DNA of 64,000 bases from Planctomycetota bacterium (GTDB lineage: Bacteria > Planctomycetota > SZUA-567 > H5-PLA8). Position 1 is the first letter of the stretch. The number at the start of each line of letters is the position of its first letter. The stretch covers positions 128,001 to 192,000 of the forward strand of contig JBBRPR010000004.1 of the NCBI GenBank assembly GCA_038227875.1, written 5' to 3'. Below, piece by piece: positions 56,962 to 64,000 of this stretch. The notes beneath the pieces are model-generated. The model was not told the DNA's origin and made no database searches. It worked only from the letters and a program-made list of their open reading frames with translations. The position numbers were made by a program, and so were the translations under genes.

Positions 56962-59196
56962 ATGAAACCAAAATTTGCGCTGGTCCATGGGCATCCTCGT
57001 CTCTGGCTCCGTCCCACGGAGCTTCAAAAGTTCAAGCGCGACAGTCTTCACGCGCGTAAACCGTTCCGACAGAAAATCCTGCGGCGACTCGAGTCGGTGC
57101 TCGCCGATCTCCCAGCTGATGAGTACGTAAAAAGCGCGCCGCAGCACATGGCGCTGGCGCTCGGTCAGGCTTGGCGTCTGACCGGCGATGAGAAATACGC
57201 GCGCGCCGCGTGGCGACTGCTGGAAGAGTTGGAAGTCTACGCGGGTAATTCCGGCGGGTATTCGGCGTGGGGCCTGGCCGCCGAAGCCGCGGCGATCCTC
57301 TACGACTGGCTGCATGATTATTGGAAGAAGATCGGCCGCGAACAGGATGTCGCGCAGGCGGCGTTGATCTTCGGCCGCCGGGCGCTCGAAGATCTCCTGC
57401 GCCGCTACATTCTCGACGACTGGCACAACTACGGACTCGCGCTGCAATCCGGCGTGCTGGCGGTGGCGCTGGCGGTCGGGCACGACCATCCGAAACTCGA
57501 AGACGGCTCGTTGCTGAAAACCATCGAACAGATCCACCTCACCGGGTACGCGTACGAAGGGCTGCGCATCCAGGACATGTTCTACACGCCGCCCACGACG
57601 ATGAATCTGTCGGCGGCGCTGGCGGCGCGCGATTTCGCCGGCTCCGATTGTCTGCACGAAGCCACCGGCTACCACATCATCGACGTGCGCGCGATCGTCA
57701 ACATGGCCGAACTGTGGACGCGCGCGCAGGCCGGAAAATCGCGCGCCGTGGTCTGGCCGGAATTGACACGCGCCGGACACGCCTTGCTGCAGACGTTGCG
57801 GCCCGACGGCAAGACCGTGACCTTCGGCGATTCAACGCCGGGCCGGCTCCATTGGCGCAATGCCGACGTGTTGTCCATGCTGCACGCGCGGACGCCAGAG
57901 CCGGTTTTTGCCGAGCGGCTGCGGGCGTACGACATGGTGAAGAATCATCCGCTGCCGATTTTTCAGCTGCTCTACGCCACGCCTGAAATGATGCCACGCG
58001 GAAAATCCAAACGCCCGGCCGATCCGCTGCCGCCATCGTGGCAGGCGGGCCGCTTGACGCTGATGCGCTCGGGCTGGAAGCCGACGGATACGTTCGTCAG
58101 CTTTTCGTGCGGCGATTTCGGCGGCTGGCACAACCACCATGATTGGAACACGTTCACGCTCTTCCGCGGCGGGGAACTCGCAATCGATCCGCCCGGCGCA
58201 TTCTATACAGGTTCGCACCGCCAGGAATGGCACATGCGGACGGCGGCGCACAACGGCATCCTTGTGCGCGACCCGAAGGAGAAATTCTGGAAAGGCCGCC
58301 ACGGCAAGAACGTGCCCAACGACGGCGGGCAGCGCTTTGTCAGTCTCAGTTATTCCCCGCCCCACACGAGGACCGGCGCGCCCAATCCGGTGCTCACAGA
58401 AGAACGCCGCGCGCGCCTGCACGACGAATTTTCGATGGGCAAAGTCATCGTCTTCGAACCGGGCGATAGCTTCGATTACGTCGCCGGCGACGCGACGCGC
58501 GCGTACACCTACCCGTGGTCGGGAATCGGCGACAACCCATCGCGGCGCGTCGAAGAGGCCGTCCGGCAGATCGTATTCTTGAAGCCCGACTGGATCGTGA
58601 TCTTCGACCGCGTGGAATCGACGCGGCCGGAATTCATCAAGCAGTGGCTGCTGCACACGTATGCGCCCGCGGCGTGGACGGTCCGGCGCGCGCGCAAACG
58701 CGCGGGGCCGGGCATCGTCGCGCTGCCGGAAAACGGGCCGTTCACCTTTGAGCACGAGGCCGGCCGCATGACGCTCTGGCCCCTTCTTCCCGCGGCGCGC
58801 GCGGTCCGCTCGATTGGCGGACCCGGCTACGAATGCTGGATCGATGGCGCCGGTGCCGACGGAAAAGGCAAAAACTTTCCACCCGAGGACGCCGACAAGC
58901 GTCCGACGCATTACCGCTTCGACGTTTCACCAACGCAGCCGGGCACCCGGCACTGCTTCCTCACCGTGCTTCATGCGGGATTGAAGAAGGATGCGCCCGC
59001 GTCGGGAAAGTTTGGCTGCACGGTGATTGCCCACGACGGCTTCTCCGATTGCCGCATCACGCGTGCGAACGGGGACGAACTGGCCAGCGTGAAATTCCGC
59101 GACTCCGGTCCGATCGAAGTGGAAGTGAACATCCCCGGCGAATGCGCGTACCACCGCAACACCGCGCCGGAACGCGTGCCGGTCGCCCCACATTAA
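56962..59196 (+). CDS. Heparinase II/III-like polysaccharide lyase
   Basis: HPRLW, WHNYG, LMRSGW, HNHHDWNTF, RTAAHNGIL, YVAGDATRAY, IFDRV, KQWLLH. Confidence 0.8.
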   Translation: MKPKFALVHGHPRLWLRPTELQKFKRDSLHARKPFRQKILRRLESVLADLPADEYVKSAPQHMALALGQAWRLTGDEKYARAAWRLLEELEVYAGNSGGYSAWGLAAEAAAILYDWLHDYWKKIGREQDVAQAALIFGRRALEDLLRRYILDDWHNYGLALQSGVLAVALAVGHDHPKLEDGSLLKTIEQIHLTGYAYEGLRIQDMFYTPPTTMNLSAALAARDFAGSDCLHEATGYHIIDVRAIVNMAELWTRAQAGKSRAVVWPELTRAGHALLQTLRPDGKTVTFGDSTPGRLHWRNADVLSMLHARTPEPVFAERLRAYDMVKNHPLPIFQLLYATPEMMPRGKSKRPADPLPPSWQAGRLTLMRSGWKPTDTFVSFSCGDFGGWHNHHDWNTFTLFRGGELAIDPPGAFYTGSHRQEWHMRTAAHNGILVRDPKEKFWKGRHGKNVPNDGGQRFVSLSYSPPHTRTGAPNPVLTEERRARLHDEFSMGKVIVFEPGDSFDYVAGDATRAYTYPWSGIGDNPSRRVEEAVRQIVFLKPDWIVIFDRVESTRPEFIKQWLLHTYAPAAWTVRRARKRAGPGIVALPENGPFTFEHEAGRMTLWPLLPAARAVRSIGGPGYECWIDGAGADGKGKNFPPEDADKRPTHYRFDVSPTQPGTRHCFLTVLHAGLKKDAPASGKFGCTVIAHDGFSDCRITRANGDELASVKFRDSGPIEVEVNIPGECAYHRNTAPERVPVAPH

Positions 59197-59966
59197 TCGC
59201 CGGCGTCGGGACGCTTGTTGTCGGGGTTGGGGTTCTTGAGTTCCAGTTCTTCCCACGTCGGCATGCCGTCGCGTTTGAGCTTCACCAGGTCGTCGCGGTG
59301 GTATTCGATCGCGCCTTTCTCGTTCTGGTGTGAACGAATGTCTTTGCGCGCGGTGATGGCCTTCAAGTAATCCATGTTGCGGTCTTTGAGAATTTTCAAT
59401 GCGTCGTCGGCGTTGACCCACATCGGCGGCGGCGCGTTGGGATTCGGCTTCGCGGGATCGTTCTCGTTCGTCGCCGTCTCCACGGGGTCGGGAGTTGCCG
59501 GCGTCGAACGCGATTTGGGCAGATGCGAATAAATGTAAGCGCAGACGGCGAACGCGACGGCCAGTTCCGCGAGCGTCGTCAGAATTCCCGCGATCATCGC
59601 GCCGCGGCTGGCCTTCGAGCCGGGCGCTTCGCTTTCGTAGGCGGCGCGGCAGATCCACGCGCGCGCAATGTTGGCGATGCAGAACAGCGAGAATCCGACC
59701 GCGACGGCCGGGATGCCCCACGGCACGGTCCCCAGTTGTTTGATGCGCCCCCAAATTTTGATCAGGCCGGCGAACATGACGATGATCGCGACGGTCTCGC
59801 CGGTCTTCCAGAAGATGGCGTTTTTGACTTCGCGCGCGATGATCCGGTTGAGCACCGGGCGCTCCAGTTCCAGCACGCCCTTGCCGATCAGCGATTCGCC
59901 GAACGACGTGATCACGTGAGCGACCATGAGGCCGCCGAAGACGATTATTAGTAGGGTCATGCTCAT
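59193..59966 (-). CDS. Membrane protein with a C-terminal excisionase/MerR-like HTH
   Basis: About four TM helices, a Pro-rich linker, then WVNADDALKIL...IRSHQNEKGAIEYHRDDL. Confidence 0.5.
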   Translation of the reverse strand: MSMTLLIIVFGGLMVAHVITSFGESLIGKGVLELERPVLNRIIAREVKNAIFWKTGETVAIIVMFAGLIKIWGRIKQLGTVPWGIPAVAVGFSLFCIANIARAWICRAAYESEAPGSKASRGAMIAGILTTLAELAVAFAVCAYIYSHLPKSRSTPATPDPVETATNENDPAKPNPNAPPPMWVNADDALKILKDRNMDYLKAITARKDIRSHQNEKGAIEYHRDDLVKLKRDGMPTWEELELKNPNPDNKRPDAGD

Positions 59967-60030
59967 AAGTATTTTTTTAACCGGAAGGCAATCTACGAGT
60001 CACACGAATCGGCCGCAACTTTATCCGCCG

Positions 60031-60064
60031 AAAAAGAAACCCGGACGCTCGTGCATCCGGGTTT
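60031..60064 (-). terminator. Intrinsic terminator of ilvE
   Basis: Stem AAACCCGGATGC/GCGTCCGGGTTT followed by CTTTTT on the minus strand. Confidence 0.75.
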
Positions 60065-60094
60065 TGTAAGGCCTTGGAAAATGAGCAGATACGC

Positions 60095-61171
60095 TCAGCC
60101 GAGATCGATCTTCTGCCGCCAGCCGTACGGGTCAGGCAGCACACCGAATTGAATATCAAGCAACTGCTGGCGCAATTGCATCGTGAACGTGCCGGGCTTG
60201 TCGCCGGCGTTGCGGTACATCACTTCGCCGTTGTGAAGAATTTCGCGGATCGGCGTGATCGCCGCAGCGGTCCCGCAGGCGAAGGCTTCCTTCAACGCGC
60301 CGGATTTGAAGGCCGCGGTCAGTTCATCGGTGGATATCGCGCGTTCTTCGACCTTGCGCCCGGCCGCGCGCGCCAGCTTCAGCAGCGAATCGCGCGTGAC
60401 GCCCGGCAGGATCGTGCCCGACGAAATCGCGGGCGTGACCAGCGTCTCGCCGATCACGAACATGATGTTCATGCCGCCCATCTCTTCGATGTGCTTGTGT
60501 TCCTTGGCGTCGAGCCACACGACCTGGTCGAAGCCTTCCTTGTTGGCCTTGCCCTGCGCCGCCAGCGACGCGGCATAATTTCCGCCGCACTTCGCCGCGC
60601 CGGTTCCGCCGGGGGCCGCGCGGGTGTATTCCGTCTCGGTGCGCAGCCGCACGCCGCGCGGATCGCTGGCGCCAAAATAATCGCCGACCAGGGAGACGAT
60701 GGTGAAGAAAATGTACGTCGACGACGGATTGACCTTGATCACCGCGTCGGTGCCGATCATGCAGGGACGGACGTAGAGCGTCATTGGGCGCGCCGGCAGT
60801 TCGGCCTTGTCGGTCTTGATCAGCCGCGCGATCTCCGCGATGGTCTTGGCGCTGTCGACCTGCGGCATGCACAGCCGCGTGGCCGATGAATTCAAACGCG
60901 CGATGTTGGCGTCGGGGCGGAACATCGCCGCGGAGCCGTCGGGCTGGCGGTAGACTTTGAACCCTTCGAAAATCTCCTGACCGTAGTGAAATACAACGGC
61001 CGACGGCGGCAGCGTGAACGCGCCATACGGAATGATTTCCGACGGCCCCCACGCGCTGTCCTGATAGCGCTGCACCAGCATGTGCGGCGTAAACACTGCT
61101 CCAAAACCAGGGTTGGATTTGTCTGCCATTGCTACGGTCTCCGTTTCGGTGTCCCACGTCTTCCAGTTCAC
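60095..61171 (-). CDS. ilvE: Branched-chain amino acid aminotransferase
   Basis: FHYGQEIFEGFK, LYVRP, AKCGGNY (PLP lysine), EEMGGMN, ILPGVTR, GTAA. Start may instead be ATG 61129. Confidence 0.95.
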   Translation of the reverse strand: MNWKTWDTETETVAMADKSNPGFGAVFTPHMLVQRYQDSAWGPSEIIPYGAFTLPPSAVVFHYGQEIFEGFKVYRQPDGSAAMFRPDANIARLNSSATRLCMPQVDSAKTIAEIARLIKTDKAELPARPMTLYVRPCMIGTDAVIKVNPSSTYIFFTIVSLVGDYFGASDPRGVRLRTETEYTRAAPGGTGAAKCGGNYAASLAAQGKANKEGFDQVVWLDAKEHKHIEEMGGMNIMFVIGETLVTPAISSGTILPGVTRDSLLKLARAAGRKVEERAISTDELTAAFKSGALKEAFACGTAAAITPIREILHNGEVMYRNAGDKPGTFTMQLRQQLLDIQFGVLPDPYGWRQKIDLG

Positions 61172-61263
61172 AATTTACCACACGCTTTCCCATGCAGCAC
61201 GGACTTTCTGAGCCGCCGTGGGGCGAACGCATTTTCTGCGCGGAAAATCCGCGCGCAGCGTTC

Positions 61264-62358
61264 TCACCACTGATGTTTCGGATTCTGCCGGTGCATCTTG
61301 TTGATCTTGCGCCAGCGCTCCTTTTCGGCGCGCGCGGCACTGGCGTCGACGCGGCGGTTCTGCCAGGCCAGTTCGCGTTTCTGCTTGATGTAGCTCTCGT
61401 AACGCCCGGCATCCAGAGTGCCGGCATCGAGCGCCGCCTTAATCGCGCAACCGGGTTCGGTTCTGTGGAGGCAATCGCCGAAGCGGCACGCGCTGATCAG
61501 CCGTTCGATTTCCTCAAACGTCTGCACGACCGATTCGCCGCCTGTACTTGCGGTGGCCGCGAGCCCCAGTTCGCGCATCCCGGGCGTGTCGATGATCATC
61601 GCTCCGCCGGGAAGCTGGACGAGCTGGCGATGCGTAGTGGTGTGTTTGCCGGTGTCGTCGTCGCCGATCGCGCGCGTAACCAGCAGTTGTTCTCCGGCCA
61701 GGCGGTTGACGAGCGTGGATTTGCCGACGCCCGAGGACCCGAGCAGTACGCACGTTTTTCCCGGGACGAGGTAGGGACTCAGCGCGTCCAGACCCATGTT
61801 GGCCTGCGCGCTGAGCGTCAGAATTTTCACCGCGTGAGCGATCGCGGCGACATCCGCCATCGCCGCGGCCGCTTGACTGGCGTCGGCGCAGAGATCGGCC
61901 TTGGTGAGCAGCACGACCGGCTCCGCGCCGCTCTCCCAGGCCATCGTCAGGTAGCGCTCGATGCGCCGCGGATTGAAATCGCGGTTGAGCGAACTGACGA
62001 TGAACGCCGTGTCGACATTCGCCGCGACGATCTGATCGCGGGCGGTGTTGCCGACTTCCTTGCGCCGGAATGCAGTCATGCGTTTCAGACAGCGCTGAAT
62101 CGTGGCGCGGCGTTCATCGAGTCGTGCGGAGATGCCGACCCAGTCGCCGACCGCCGGAGGTTCAGCGCCGAGTTCCACTTCATGGCGCATGCGCCCGGAA
62201 AGTTCGGCGAACAATTCGCCGCTCTCTCCGAGGACGCGGTAGCTGTTGCGGTGGCCTTCACTGACCCGCGCGAAGGAAAGCGTGCGGTGTTCTTCGGGTT
62301 CGACTTGATTGGCAAAAAAATCGATCCAGCCCAGCGCGTTCAATGTTTCGGAATGCAA
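61264..62358 (-). CDS. rsgA: Ribosome small subunit-dependent GTPase A
   Basis: AVGDWV, VAANVD, TKAD, GSSGVGKST, GKHTTT, DTPG, CRFGDCLH..EPGC. Start uncertain. Confidence 0.95.
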   Translation of the reverse strand: MHSETLNALGWIDFFANQVEPEEHRTLSFARVSEGHRNSYRVLGESGELFAELSGRMRHEVELGAEPPAVGDWVGISARLDERRATIQRCLKRMTAFRRKEVGNTARDQIVAANVDTAFIVSSLNRDFNPRRIERYLTMAWESGAEPVVLLTKADLCADASQAAAAMADVAAIAHAVKILTLSAQANMGLDALSPYLVPGKTCVLLGSSGVGKSTLVNRLAGEQLLVTRAIGDDDTGKHTTTHRQLVQLPGGAMIIDTPGMRELGLAATASTGGESVVQTFEEIERLISACRFGDCLHRTEPGCAIKAALDAGTLDAGRYESYIKQKRELAWQNRRVDASAARAEKERWRKINKMHRQNPKHQW

Positions 62359-62668
62359 AGTGAAATCCTCCGGCGCGAGGCTTCGTGACGAAGCGTCAGC
62401 GCAGCGAATCACGACGCAGGCGGGACATGGCATCATGTCCACGCGCCAGTGCGCGTGTTACGGTGACCGGGTAGCCGGTGCCGGAGGCGTTAAAAACTAT
62501 CGCGGGAAATTGGGGCGGATCTAGCGATACGTCTGAACGCGGACGGCACCGGTGGTAACGAAATCAAGATTGCTCATATCTGGGCCCTCCGCGCTGCGAA
62601 GCGGGTCATCCGTTCGCTTAAGGTCCAATCAATCACGTGAAAGAGGGGTTGTCAAATTTTTTGGCCGA

Positions 62669-62699
62669 CCAATTGTCGCGACAGTGTCGCGACAATTGG
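62669..62699. promoter_or_regulatory. Perfect 15-bp dyad containing two TGTCGCGACA palindromes
   Basis: CCAATTGTCGCGACA-G-TGTCGCGACAATTGG in the divergent spacer upstream of rsgA. Confidence 0.45.
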
Positions 62700-62730
62700 G
62701 GATCCTCGTGATTTTTTCAAACACTGATGA

Positions 62731-62885
62731 TGGTGCCACGGATGCACGAAGCCCAGAGCGTAGCGAAGGGCTTCGTTCATCCGTGCGTTGCGCATAGCCA
62801 AGCGCGGTTTCGGCATGCTCGGGTCCAACGCACGGATGAACGGATGCTTTCGCTACGCTCAAGCCTCCGCGCATCCGTGGCACCA
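62731..62885. repeat. Inverted pair of REP-like hairpins (BIME/MITE-like, 155 bp)
   Basis: Two 60-bp arms (62731-62790 and 62826-62885), about 85% complementary; each arm is itself a hairpin around GAGCGTAGCGAA. Confidence 0.8.
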
Positions 62886-63010
62886 GGAAAACAAATGTTC
62901 AAGCTCTATCCGCAAAATGCCGATGAAAGCATGTGCGGAGGTCCTGTCGGTGGGACGTGGGGGCGTCCAGACGCTTCGCACTGCGGCTTTGCTTGACGCT
63001 TTGGATCACC

Positions 63011-64000
63011 ATGGCTCAACTTTCGATCAAACTCCTCTGCATCCCGTGTGTGCTGGCCGCGGTGTTGTTCATGTCGCGCGCCAGTGGCGCGGATCTTGGC
63101 GCGGAAGTCGTCGACACACCGAGCGCTGAAAGTACGTCGGTCAGCGCATTGCCCAACGAACCGGCGCCGCCTCCGCCCGCTCCGGAAGAACCGCCGGCGG
63201 AAATCATTCCGCTGCCGCCGTCCAAACGCAGTCTCGAGCAATCCAAGCCCAGCCCCGCGCCGAAAGTTGAGAAAGCGGAGAAGGCCAAGAGCACTCCGAC
63301 TGAAACCAAGACGGACCCGAAGTCCGAGATCAAGCCAGAGAAGATGGAGCCGGCTACTCCAAACAAAACCATCGCCAGCGAAGCGCGCAAGCCGTCCGCA
63401 AATTCCTGCTACTTGAAGCCCGCGGAGCCGGGATATCCGACGGTGCTCTCGGGAACGCTCACAGAAGATCTGGAACTCACGCCGCAAATGTCGCCGGTGC
63501 TGATCAGCGGGACGTTCATCGTGCCGGAAAAGATCAAGCTTACGATCCAGGGCGGCACGCTGATCCGGCTACGCGGCGATCCGCAGGGCGTGAAGGCTCC
63601 CGGCGCGCCGGACCCGACGCAGAGCGCCGTGGTGTGGATCTGGGGCACGCTCACGACCAGCGGCGCGACGGGCAATCCCGTTGAGTTCGTGAATCTGGAG
63701 AAGGCCGACGGTTCGCTGCTGCTTTACGGCACGAACGACTGCAAGCTCGATGGAGTCCGCCTCAAAGGCATGAACGTCGCGCAGAGCGGCGGAACGGCGC
63801 TGTGGACGAACTGCGAATTCGTGGGCAGCGGCTCGTACGCGATGGCGGCCGGCGCGGGCGTTTTCACGCAGTGTACGTTCCGGCGCTTCGGCGGCATCTT
63901 CGCGACGTACGATGTCGCGCCGTGGTCGCTGCTGGTGCGCAAGAGCTTGTTTGAGCGCTGCCGCGAAGGCATCATCCTCGGCAGCAACCCCGGCGAAGCG
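63011..64000 (+). CDS. Secreted protein with a Pro/Lys/Glu-rich linker and a right-handed beta-helix-like domain, truncated by the window edge
   Basis: Absent from the track (no stop). Hand translation: signal peptide MAQLSIKLLCIPCVLAAVLF, then SGTLTEDLELT..SP..ISGTFIVP...LTIQGGT, GTLTTSG...PVEF, NCEF/QCTF repeats. Confidence 0.7.
   Translation, partial: MAQLSIKLLCIPCVLAAVLFMSRASGADLGAEVVDTPSAESTSVSALPNEPAPPPPAPEEPPAEIIPLPPSKRSLEQSKPSPAPKVEKAEKAKSTPTETKTDPKSEIKPEKMEPATPNKTIASEARKPSANSCYLKPAEPGYPTVLSGTLTEDLELTPQMSPVLISGTFIVPEKIKLTIQGGTLIRLRGDPQGVKAPGAPDPTQSAVVWIWGTLTTSGATGNPVEFVNLEKADGSLLLYGTNDCKLDGVRLKGMNVAQSGGTALWTNCEFVGSGSYAMAAGAGVFTQCTFRRFGGIFATYDVAPWSLLVRKSLFERCREGIILGSNPGEA

Noticed and set aside
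1..64000. tRNA, rRNA, prophage or IS elements
   Set aside because: None recognised by eye. A tRNAscan, Rfam or ISfinder run would be needed to exclude them formally.

Overview
A 64 kb GC-rich bacterial chromosome segment. The gene content and intergenic repeat style suggest a Planctomycetota-like organism, which is inference only. Most genes are housekeeping or catabolic: glyS, anmK, dprA, mdh, ilvE, rsgA, an oligopeptide-type ABC operon, sugar oxidoreductases/isomerases and secreted polysaccharide-active proteins. I saw no tRNA, rRNA, CRISPR array, integrase or transposase. The main feature is a complete retron operon on the minus strand (23601 to 18197): a HEAT/ARM-like helical protein, a SWIM zinc-finger protein, an msr-msd ncRNA (a1/a2 repeats at 20088-20099 and 19872-19883, perfect 24-bp msd stem) and a Mx162-like retron reverse transcriptase with a long N-terminal extension. 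A second unexplained signal is a family of six intergenic 26-bp palindromes with fixed geometry (ACC-N8-AATT-N8'-GGT) but different arm sequences. Other notable items: an ECF sigma factor fused to a PilB/GspE-like domain, an orphan near-consensus sigma70 promoter pointing at a structured non-coding region, a candidate operator for a GntR/LacI regulator, and several heptamer- and REP-like hairpin elements. All family calls come from reading motifs by eye; no database search was run.
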